29,469 nt of DNA, taken from an uncultured bacterium. GTDB taxonomy: Bacteria > Zixibacteria > MSB-5A5 > GN15 > FEB-12. Of the stretch, positions 1 to 7,871 are shown piece after piece. The stretch covers positions 1-29,469 of the forward strand of contig CBDVDR010000027.1 in NCBI GenBank assembly GCA_965372795.1, in the 5' to 3' direction. Below the pieces are notes generated by a model. The model saw nothing but the letters and a program-made list of their open reading frames with translations, had not been told where the DNA came from and searched no databases. Each line of letters begins with the position of its first letter. Position 1 is the first letter of the stretch. The translations under genes were made by a program, and so were the position numbers.

Positions 1-1
1 A

Positions 2-1192
2 AATGGTAATTTCTTTGTTACCCAAAATGGATTTTTTCTCGGTGATGATAAAACCATTACTATATATGAAAATACTAATTCATTGCACCTTAAAAAAAAT
101 CAAAAAGAGATTACCGGGTACTATACAAGAGGGGATGAACAAGTTCCTCTTAACGCATCATTAGAAAAAGATATCTTTGCTTTCGATAATAATTTCATTG
201 ATCAACTTGAACTTTCGCTGGCAATGACTGACATAACTGTCGGAGAGGAAATTTCGGTCGAATACATTGAACCGCAAACTTTGCAAAAAAATAGTTTTTA
301 TGGCATTGTCGAGGATTACTCATACACTCAGATTCATACCCGCCTGGCTGATTCTGTCTATTATATTAATATCTTTCAACCGGTACCGATGTCAATTTAT
401 GTGTCAAAATTAAAATATCTTTTAAAGGTCGAAATTCCTTCACAAAAATTTAAAGCTTATCTCGATGCGGTACAGCTGCCTCAAAAAGGTAGCTCGGCTC
501 CGGGTTTTTCAATTAGCACTTTTGTAGATTTGCTCCCAAATTATTTTTTATATTTAATATTTGCTGTCGTCGCTGTGATGCTCTTTTTGGGTAATGGTTA
601 CAAGTGGGCGGTTACTTATCTATATTTTGGAATTGGAATCATATTATATATAATAGTTAATTTCATTCAATATCCGTTACAGGAATATCTGGCAAAAACT
701 TTTATAATACCTGCCGTTCAAAATAATGAATCGATATTAATGCTTGGAACGCTTCCCGGACTATCTGCCGGAATTATTCAAGAATTTGTATTAGGTTTCG
801 GTCTCTTTGCTGCTTCTCAAATTCTAAAAAGCAAAAAACAATTGTTAATTATTTTCGGTGCTGTTTTAGGTGCCGGGTTTGGATTTGCAGAGGGTTGTTA
901 TCTTGATTCAATAATTGGCATGGGAAGTAGATTCTCGTGGAACCTTCTCGAACGAGGCTTTGTCATTGCTTTTATGGCATCATCAGGTGCTGTTATTGGA
1001 TATTGTTTAAGCAAAAGTATCAAATCGTTTGTTATTTCGATATCTGTCCTTGCTCTGGTAAACGCTCTCATCAGATATTTACCTTTGCTGGTCCAGCTAA
1101 AAATGGCTGATGCCGAGCTTATGTATATAATTGTTGGGGTTATTTCTCTGATTGTGCTTTCAACCGCACTGATTTTTCACAAGAAAAAGTAA
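2..1192 (+). CDS. 5'-truncated membrane protein: soluble N-terminal region plus C-terminal multi-TM YhfC/PrsW-like intramembrane metalloprotease-family domain with degenerate catalytic motifs
   Basis: The frame of the 83..1192 ORF has no stop back to position 2, so the gene starts upstream of the window. The C-terminal ~220 aa hold about 7-8 hydrophobic segments with AGIIQE, GAGFGFAE and LLERG, matching the YhfC motif layout (AGxxEE, GxGHGxxE, ERxxA). Confidence 0.6.
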   Translation, partial: NGNFFVTQNGFFLGDDKTITIYENTNSLHLKKNQKEITGYYTRGDEQVPLNASLEKDIFAFDNNFIDQLELSLAMTDITVGEEISVEYIEPQTLQKNSFYGIVEDYSYTQIHTRLADSVYYINIFQPVPMSIYVSKLKYLLKVEIPSQKFKAYLDAVQLPQKGSSAPGFSISTFVDLLPNYFLYLIFAVVAVMLFLGNGYKWAVTYLYFGIGIILYIIVNFIQYPLQEYLAKTFIIPAVQNNESILMLGTLPGLSAGIIQEFVLGFGLFAASQILKSKKQLLIIFGAVLGAGFGFAEGCYLDSIIGMGSRFSWNLLERGFVIAFMASSGAVIGYCLSKSIKSFVISISVLALVNALIRYLPLLVQLKMADAELMYIIVGVISLIVLSTALIFHKKK

Positions 1193-1193
1193 A

Positions 1194-1221
1194 AAAAAAC
1201 CGGCAAATCAGCCGGTTTTTT
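1194..1221. terminator. Bidirectional intrinsic terminator between convergent genes
   Basis: AAAAAACCGGC-aaatca-GCCGGTTTTTT is a perfect inverted repeat with an A-tract on the left and a T-tract on the right, between stops at 1192 (+) and 1244 (-). Confidence 0.85.
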
Positions 1222-1243
1222 ATTTTATTCAATGAATTCTAAA

Positions 1244-1564
1244 TTAACAGGAACAGTCACCGCAGTCTTTCTTTTCGCCAATAGTTATCGAATAACCGGC
1301 TCGGCCAAATTTAGGGGCGACAAAATCAATATTGATTTTACCAAGCTGATCAAGATTCTTCCTCAAGTCAGCATCAATATATGCATTAATTCCATTTGAT
1401 TCTAATTTAGTCATTCCTTCAATTGACTCTTCCAGAGTCATACCCAAATTGGGTCCGCTTCAACCATAACCCTGAAAGAAAATCACAAGCTCTTTACCTT
1501 TACTCTGATCAGAGGCAAGAACTTTTTTGAGTTCTTCACTTGCTTTCTGTGTCACTTCGAACAT
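1244..1564 (-). CDS. HesB/IscA-like (A-type Fe-S carrier family) selenoprotein, 106 aa, Sec at codon 35
   Basis: Translated by hand from ATG 1564 (GGAG Shine-Dalgarno ~7 nt upstream): MFEVTQKASEELKKVLASDQSKGKELVIFFQGYG-UGA(1462..1460)-SGPNLGMTLEE...IDF...GYSI...KDCGDCSC. The UGA occupies the site of the conserved Cys in the IscA G-C-S-G motif, the frame continues into the listed 1244..1447 ORF, and a SECIS-like hairpin follows. Confidence 0.88.
1424..1459 (-). promoter_or_regulatory. Candidate bacterial SECIS element directly 3' of the Sec UGA
   Basis: The mRNA after UGA reads AGCGGACCCAAUUUGGGUA-UGACUCU-GGA-AGAGUCA: a perfect 7-bp stem (1440..1424) whose apical loop starts with G, 26 nt after the UGA. 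This fits the general bacterial SECIS model. Confidence 0.7.
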
Positions 1565-1785
1565 GCAAAATCTCCATAATTAAATAATCTTTCAATATTT
1601 GATAATAATATAATACAAATGATTCAAAAAAATCCAAAAAAAGTCATTATTTTCGAAATAAACTGGAAAATAGTGCAAAAATATTGTTGCAAGATAGTAT
1701 AAAAATCGCCATTTTTTCCGAGAAAGTAGATATCTGGAAAATGTTATTTTATTATAACAGAGAATCTTAGCAAACAGGTGATAAC

Positions 1786-3057
1786 GTGAATCTTTATATT
1801 TTCGAAGATGACAAGTACAAAAACTTCTTTCCAATTACATGTACACGACCGGTCTATTTAATGAGGGCAGGTATCCTTCCGGTTTATAAGAAAATTCAAA
1901 ACTGGTTTAAAGCAGAAACTTTCGGATTTATCTGCCGTGAACAGCTTGCTTTGGATCTGGCAAAAAAATATCCTGACTTTCCGGTTAATATTATCAAAAA
2001 GGGTGACGAGGCGTTGCTGTTATTAAATGGCAGAGTTGCAAAACTTGGGGATCTGGCTGATAAGATAAACTCTTGTAAAACCTCTTCATATTTTTTAGAT
2101 AAAAATAATGAAATTGCAGCAGTTTTATTTAAATACTCATCAATGGAAACTTTTCCGGCTGTTGCAACGGGCAATGACTATCTGGAATTATTTAAATCTC
2201 AAAAAAATAATCTGACCTCAATTCCCACTACAGCTGTGATGTATAATTATAACTGGGAAATTATGGCTGATATTCATGAATCGATTAAGTCTGATTATGA
2301 GTTATTGAAAAACAGTTTAAAGGCGCCATCCAATTTAAGAATTCACCAAAATGTAAATATGGTCAATCAGGATTCAATTTATCTTGGTGAGAATGTTGAA
2401 ATATTACCTTCGGTTGTCTTGAATGCTTCAGCTGGTCCTATTTATATCGATTCAAATGTTCGCATCGAATCACAAGTTACAATCAATGGTCCTTGCTACA
2501 TAGGACCCAATACTGTTGTAATGGCGGGTAAAATTTCCGGATGTTCCATCGGGCATACTTGCCGGGTAGGCGGTGAAATTGAAGAATCAATCTTCCATTC
2601 TTACGTTAACAAATATCATGATGGTTTTATCGGCCACAGCTATGTCGGGTCGTGGGTTAATTTTGGTGCCATGACTACTAATTCGGATTTGAAAAATAAT
2701 TATTCCAATATCAGAGTAACTTTGAACGGTGAAACAATAGACACTAATTCGATGAAAGTTGGTTCGTTTATTGGCGACCACACAAAATTCGGAATTGGTA
2801 CCCTGTTAAATACCGGTATCCATATCGGTGTTTCCTGCAACATCTATGGTGGGGGACTAATTACTGATAAAGAGATTCCATCCTTCAGCTGGGGTAACAC
2901 CGGAAATTATGTGACTTACGAATATGACAAGGCGATTGATACGGCAAAAAAAGTATACGAACGCCGTTCGCAGTTTATGTCTGATGCTGAACAGGAAATT
3001 TTAAAATCTGTTTTTTATGACAATTTGAATGATGACGGAATTTTAAACTTTATATAG
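1786..3057 (+). CDS. GlmU-related putative sugar nucleotidyltransferase (NTP_transf_4-like N-terminus plus left-handed beta-helix hexapeptide domain)
   Basis: N-terminal FED...FFPITCTRPVYLMRAGI. C-terminal hexapeptide repeats with GPIYID, VGGEIEESIFHSYVNKYHDGFIGHSYVGSWVNFGAMTTNSDLKNNY and KVGSFIGDHTK. GTG start with AGGTG SD. Confidence 0.75.
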   Translation: MNLYIFEDDKYKNFFPITCTRPVYLMRAGILPVYKKIQNWFKAETFGFICREQLALDLAKKYPDFPVNIIKKGDEALLLLNGRVAKLGDLADKINSCKTSSYFLDKNNEIAAVLFKYSSMETFPAVATGNDYLELFKSQKNNLTSIPTTAVMYNYNWEIMADIHESIKSDYELLKNSLKAPSNLRIHQNVNMVNQDSIYLGENVEILPSVVLNASAGPIYIDSNVRIESQVTINGPCYIGPNTVVMAGKISGCSIGHTCRVGGEIEESIFHSYVNKYHDGFIGHSYVGSWVNFGAMTTNSDLKNNYSNIRVTLNGETIDTNSMKVGSFIGDHTKFGIGTLLNTGIHIGVSCNIYGGGLITDKEIPSFSWGNTGNYVTYEYDKAIDTAKKVYERRSQFMSDAEQEILKSVFYDNLNDDGILNFI

Positions 3058-3070
3058 ATTGAATTAAAAA

Positions 3071-4102
3071 ATGCCTGAACTAAGAAAAGACCCCGTCGTT
3101 GGACGTTGGGTGATTATTTCAACCGAACGGGGGAAAAGACCTACTTCCTTCACATCGGTTTCAAAAAGAGTCGCACCTTCGTTATGCCCCTTTTGCCCCG
3201 GACATGAAAGTCATACTCCGCCGGAAATCCTTGCTTACCGCGACCCCGATACAGAACCAAACCAGCCCGGCTGGTCCCTGCGAGTATTCCCCAATAAATA
3301 TCCGGCATTGCGGGTTGAAGGAGAACTTGATCGGGCACCCAAAGGACTCTACGATAAAATGAATGGTATTGGAGCCCATGAAGTGATTGTTGAAACTTCA
3401 GACCACGCCCGTGATCTGGTCGACATGACCGATGAGGAAGTACGCGATATCTTCTGGGCATATAGGGAACGGATGATTGACCTCGAACGTGATATCAGAT
3501 TTAAGTATATACTCGTTTTTAAAAATCATGGTGAAGCTGCCGGAGCCTCGCTTGAACATGCCCACAGCCAATTGATTGCGACTCCGATTATTCCCCGAAG
3601 AGTCGCCGAGGAAATTCAAGGGGCTAAAAAATATTATGAATATAAAGAACGGTGCATTTTCTGTGATATTATAAGACAGGAAATAAGCGAAGGCGAACGA
3701 TTGGTCACTGACTATGATTCGTTTATCGCTGTTCAGCCGTTTGCACCTCGTTTTCCGTTTGAAACTTGGGTAATGCCAAAAACCCACCAGTCAAGCTACC
3801 TTGAGATGTCTGACTCGGATCATCTTACGCTGGCAAGATGCTTTAAGGATATTCTGGCTCGTTTGAAAATTGCTCTTAACGATCCGCCATTTAATTATAT
3901 CCTTCATACCCGTCCGATAAGTAAAGACAGCCGTGAGTATTTTCACTGGCATTTCGAAATAATACCCAAGTTGACTAAAGTTGCCGGATTTGAATGGGGG
4001 TCCGGAATTTATATCAATCCCACAACTCCCGAAGAATCTACTAAATTTTTAAAAGGTATTGATATTACAAATCTTAATAAAGTTTTTAAGCCGGGGATGT
4101 AG
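3071..4102 (+). CDS. galT: GalT-family (HIT superfamily) nucleotidyltransferase: galactose-1-phosphate uridylyltransferase / ADP-glucose phosphorylase-like
   Basis: MPELRKDP..WVIISTERGKRP, Zn-binding CPFC and CIFC, NKYPAL, GAHEVIVET, catalytic GASLEHAHSQ, and HWHFEIIPKLTKVAGFEWG. Confidence 0.85.
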   Translation: MPELRKDPVVGRWVIISTERGKRPTSFTSVSKRVAPSLCPFCPGHESHTPPEILAYRDPDTEPNQPGWSLRVFPNKYPALRVEGELDRAPKGLYDKMNGIGAHEVIVETSDHARDLVDMTDEEVRDIFWAYRERMIDLERDIRFKYILVFKNHGEAAGASLEHAHSQLIATPIIPRRVAEEIQGAKKYYEYKERCIFCDIIRQEISEGERLVTDYDSFIAVQPFAPRFPFETWVMPKTHQSSYLEMSDSDHLTLARCFKDILARLKIALNDPPFNYILHTRPISKDSREYFHWHFEIIPKLTKVAGFEWGSGIYINPTTPEESTKFLKGIDITNLNKVFKPGM

Positions 4103-4111
4103 AGGATAATT

Positions 4112-5572
4112 ATGAAAATACTATTGGCTTCCTCTGAAATGGTTCCGTTCGCAAAGTCGGGCGGCTTAGGAGATGTTTTAGGAGCCCTGCCAAAAGCACT
4201 GACAAAACTTGGGCACGATCTGAAAATCTTCCTGCCGAATTATAGCACTATTGATAAATCAGGTTTAAAGATTCAAAAGATTGTCGGGAATATTCATGTT
4301 CCGGTTGGCAATGTTAATGAGATACTCTATCTGGAAAAAGCAAAAATCCCAAAAATTGGAGAAATATATTTTATCGGGAATGATAAGTTTTTTGATCGTC
4401 CATCTTTATATTTGGACCCTGAGACAGGGGAAGATTATGAAGACAACGATCAACGCTTTATATTTTTTAGCCGGGCTATTTTAGAATCTTTAAAAGTTAT
4501 CGAATGGCAGCCCGATATAATTAATGCCCATGACTGGCAGTCTGGTCTGTTACCGGTATATTTAAAAACTTTATATAAAGATGATGAATTTTTTAATAAA
4601 ACCAAATCGGTTTTAACGATTCATAACCTGGCTTATCAGGGTACGTTTGAAGCTGAAAAATTTGAAAATCTGGCTTTGCCTAAAAATCTGTTTTATTCAA
4701 CCTCACCGCTTGAATTTTATGGCAAAGTTAATTTCTTAAAAGGTGCCATCGAATACTCTGATAAAATTACAACCGTATCAAAAACCTACGCTGAAGAGAT
4801 TCAAACTACTTCCGAATTAGGTTGTGGGCTGGAGGGTGTCCTTTCCCAAAGAAAAGATGATCTTCTGGGAATTCTAAACGGAGTCGATTATCATGTCTGG
4901 TCGCCATCACGCGACAAAAAAATCCCTTTTAATTATTACCGAGCCAACCTAACCGGAAAAAGAGAAAATAAAGTCGAACTGTTGAACCAATCAAATTTGC
5001 CGGTCAGAGACAATGCTCCGCTGATTGGGATCATCTCAAGATTGGTCGATCAAAAAGGATTTGATCTGATCGCTGAAGTCACCGATAAAATTTTTTCATT
5101 AGATATCCAGATGATCGTCCTCGGCACCGGTGAAGAAAAATATCATAAACTTTTCAAAGAACTTGAAGGGAAATATCCCGATAAAATCAAAGTCTATCTG
5201 GAATTTAATGATCAAATGGCTCACCTGATTGAAGCCGGCAGCGATATCTTTTTGATGCCGTCCAAATTTGAGCCATGCGGTTTGAACCAGATGTTCTCAT
5301 TAAAATATGGCACCATTCCAATCATTCGCAAAGTCGGCGGACTGGCAGACACTGTAAAAGATTTTGATGAAATTAAATACAAAGGCACCGGTTTTGTATT
5401 TGAAAACTATGACTCCGAAGAATTACTTGATACAATTAAAAGAGCAGTTAAAATTTATAAAAAGAAACGGGTCTGGGTCAAAATCGTCAAAGAAGCGATG
5501 CTTGAAGATTATTCATGGGATAAATCGGCGAAACATTACGTTCAACTATTTAGCTCACTTATAAATAATTAA
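4112..5572 (+). CDS. glgA: Glycogen synthase (GT5, ADP-glucose dependent)
   Basis: KSGGLGDV, HDWQ, TIHNLAYQG, GILNGVD, SRLVDQKGFDL, MPSKFEPCGLNQM and VGGLADTV motifs. GAGGA SD. Confidence 0.95.
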   Translation: MKILLASSEMVPFAKSGGLGDVLGALPKALTKLGHDLKIFLPNYSTIDKSGLKIQKIVGNIHVPVGNVNEILYLEKAKIPKIGEIYFIGNDKFFDRPSLYLDPETGEDYEDNDQRFIFFSRAILESLKVIEWQPDIINAHDWQSGLLPVYLKTLYKDDEFFNKTKSVLTIHNLAYQGTFEAEKFENLALPKNLFYSTSPLEFYGKVNFLKGAIEYSDKITTVSKTYAEEIQTTSELGCGLEGVLSQRKDDLLGILNGVDYHVWSPSRDKKIPFNYYRANLTGKRENKVELLNQSNLPVRDNAPLIGIISRLVDQKGFDLIAEVTDKIFSLDIQMIVLGTGEEKYHKLFKELEGKYPDKIKVYLEFNDQMAHLIEAGSDIFLMPSKFEPCGLNQMFSLKYGTIPIIRKVGGLADTVKDFDEIKYKGTGFVFENYDSEELLDTIKRAVKIYKKKRVWVKIVKEAMLEDYSWDKSAKHYVQLFSSLINN

Positions 5573-5585
5573 AAATTAAGTTTTA

Positions 5586-7478
5586 ATGAAATTTAAATCA
5601 GTAAATCCATTCGAGCTGTCTCTCTTAGTTCCGGCTTTTGCAATATTCACAATTTTAGTTATCACCCTCAATTTTATACAGGATGATGCTTATATCTCCT
5701 ACCGATATGTCGCCAATTATCTCAATGGCGATGGTCTGGTTTTTAACATAGGGGAAAGGATAGAAGGTTTTACAAATTTTGGCTGGGTGATCTACATGAT
5801 CTTCTGGGGAACCTTAGGTTTCAATTTTATTTTGATCTCTAAAATTACCGGTATAATATTCGGCGCCGGTATCATTGCCCTAACCTATCTGATTGCAAAA
5901 GAAATTTTCACCGAAAAATATAAATGGTTCGCCTTTGTTCCAGTGTACATAGTCGCCATAAACCAATCATTGGCATACTGGTCACCGGCGGGACTTGAAA
6001 CAGCCGCCTTTGCCTTTTTTGCAGTCTGGTCGCTATATCTGTTTCTCAAACAAAGTCGCTGGTTAATGTTTTCTATTCTTATTGCCGTCTGGCTTCGACC
6101 GGAAGGTGCTTTTATCGCCGGGTTATTAATTTTAATCGAAGCTGTTATAAATAAATCTATCCCGCGTTATTCCTTAAGCTGTTCACTAACAGCTTTGATT
6201 CTATCGCTGCCGTATGTTGCTTTTAAAATATTTTACTTTGGCTCAATTTTCCCGAACCCGTTTTATGCCAAAACCGGCTTTGACATGACCCAATTGATGA
6301 ACGGCTTTGAATATACAGCCCGGTTTTTCACCCACTATGGTTTCTGGGGAGTTGGAATTATTCTACCCTTGATTTTATTTAATAAGTTAAGCCGTTCTGA
6401 AAGAACTCTGCTACTCTTTGGAACAATTTATACAATTTATATCGTCTTAGTCGGGGGAGATGTCTTAAAAGTCCACCGTTTCTTTATTCCCTTATTCCCC
6501 GTCAATGCTATCCTGTTGATAATCAGCTTTAAATTGATTATCAAAAAATATAATATCAAAACTCAGCAGATGGGATTGGCATTAATCTCGATTCCACTTT
6601 TATATTTCACCTTTAACTTACCAGATCAGTTTGTTAAAACTTATAATAATTCAGAACGCGGTTTTATTCGCCGGATGAGCGAGCTTGCCACCAATCTCAA
6701 AAAATCTGACAACCGCAATTTCTCAGTCGCCCTGCCAACCATCGGCATCTTTGGCTATACTTTGATTGGACATGATATCATCGACATGGTCGGTCTCACC
6801 GACTCAACCATTGCCCGCCACAGCGAACAACCAATCGAAGGCATGATCTCAACTTGGAAAGAGGGGAAACATAACTCAAAATATCTGCTAACCCGTTCGC
6901 CTAATTATATTGTTTTTTCAACGATTATGAAACCATCCGCCCCAGCTGAAAAAGCTTTACTGCTCTATCCGCAATTTTTGGAAAACTACCGTACCGTCGG
7001 ATGGCGCTATCAAGCCGATCCAACCGTAGATCGGGGAATTTTAAATACTGTCTTCAAAAAAGTACGTGAGAACGAGGGTGAGATAATACCGACCTATCCG
7101 GTTGCTTTTGTGGAAAATTACAAACTTGGCTTAGATCAATATACCAAAGGTGACTTGCGCGGTGCTATTCAATACTTTAATAAATCCGTTCAACTTTCAC
7201 CCAAGCCCTATTATGTCTATTTGATTTATATGATGGGCTTTTGTAATATGCGCCTGGGTCAGCATGAAATATCTGAAGCTCTTGCAAACAGAGTAATTGA
7301 ACAGGATTCACTGGTCTTTGAGGCTCACAAAGACCTCTATATGTATGCCACTTACAAAAATGATAAAAACAAAGCGGCAATACATGAAACATGGCTTAAA
7401 AAGCTTGTCCCGTGGTATCTGCCGAGGATTAAAAAAGAGACCGAACATTTAATCAGACAAGGACTTAAATTAAATTAA
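5586..7478 (+). CDS. GT-C superfamily membrane glycosyltransferase (AftB-like motif set) with C-terminal TPR-like repeats
   Basis: QDDAYISYRY..N...GDGLVFNIGERIEGFTN after TM1, then ETA, RPEG, PNPFYAK, GGD..RFFIP and IIDMVGLTD..IAR, with ~10-11 TM segments. The C-terminal helical region (LGLDQYTKGDLRGAIQYFNKSVQLSP...) is TPR-like. Confidence 0.7.
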   Translation: MKFKSVNPFELSLLVPAFAIFTILVITLNFIQDDAYISYRYVANYLNGDGLVFNIGERIEGFTNFGWVIYMIFWGTLGFNFILISKITGIIFGAGIIALTYLIAKEIFTEKYKWFAFVPVYIVAINQSLAYWSPAGLETAAFAFFAVWSLYLFLKQSRWLMFSILIAVWLRPEGAFIAGLLILIEAVINKSIPRYSLSCSLTALILSLPYVAFKIFYFGSIFPNPFYAKTGFDMTQLMNGFEYTARFFTHYGFWGVGIILPLILFNKLSRSERTLLLFGTIYTIYIVLVGGDVLKVHRFFIPLFPVNAILLIISFKLIIKKYNIKTQQMGLALISIPLLYFTFNLPDQFVKTYNNSERGFIRRMSELATNLKKSDNRNFSVALPTIGIFGYTLIGHDIIDMVGLTDSTIARHSEQPIEGMISTWKEGKHNSKYLLTRSPNYIVFSTIMKPSAPAEKALLLYPQFLENYRTVGWRYQADPTVDRGILNTVFKKVRENEGEIIPTYPVAFVENYKLGLDQYTKGDLRGAIQYFNKSVQLSPKPYYVYLIYMMGFCNMRLGQHEISEALANRVIEQDSLVFEAHKDLYMYATYKNDKNKAAIHETWLKKLVPWYLPRIKKETEHLIRQGLKLN

Positions 7479-7497
7479 AATTGTCAATTTTTATCAG

Positions 7498-7525
7498 TTG
7501 ACAAAATAAAGTTCCGATATATATT
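7498..7525 (+). promoter_or_regulatory. Putative sigma70 promoter for the tRNA-Gly/tRNA-Cys pair
   Basis: TTGACA (7498-7503), 16-nt spacer, TATATT (7520-7525), 12 nt before the tRNA. Confidence 0.55.
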
Positions 7526-7537
7526 GACAAAACAAAT

Positions 7538-7613
<76 letters not shown>

Positions 7614-7619
7614 AAATTT

Positions 7620-7691
7620 GGCGCCATGGCCAAGTGGTAAGGCAAGGGTCTGCAAAACCTTTATTCTCCGGTTCGAATCCGGATGGCGCCT
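7620..7691 (+). tRNA. tRNA-Cys (GCA), CCA not encoded
   Basis: Acceptor stem GGCGCCA/TGGCGCC, U discriminator, D-arm GCCAAGTGGTAAGGC, anticodon loop CTGCAAA, T-arm TCCGG-TTCGAAT-CCGGA. Confidence 0.96.
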
Positions 7692-7871
7692 TTTTTTTTG
7701 TCCGAAATTAAGCTCACCAACAAATTTCTTATAAATTTCCAATTGAATTTGATAAATATTGAAGTGAATTTTATTAATTTTATAGAATCTATTGAGAGTT
7801 ATTTGTGCCGTAATAGTTTATAATAAATATGTATTCGTAAAGTAATTTACTAAACAATCAACGCAAAACTT

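Noticed and set aside
1244..1447. The 67-aa ORF with a TTG start as listed in the track
   Set aside because: It is the C-terminal part of the 106-aa UGA read-through protein that starts at ATG 1564 with a proper SD.
1460..1462. UGA as evidence of genome-wide recoding (code 4 or 25) or of a nonsense pseudogene
   Set aside because: TGA terminates ordinary genes here (stops ending at 13840, 16928, 19387, 21277, 27972 and 29259). The single UGA falls at a conserved Cys site with a downstream hairpin, which favours Sec.
1592..1834. 80-aa minus-strand ORF
   Set aside because: AT-rich divergent promoter region overlapping the start of the next gene, with no recognisable protein features.
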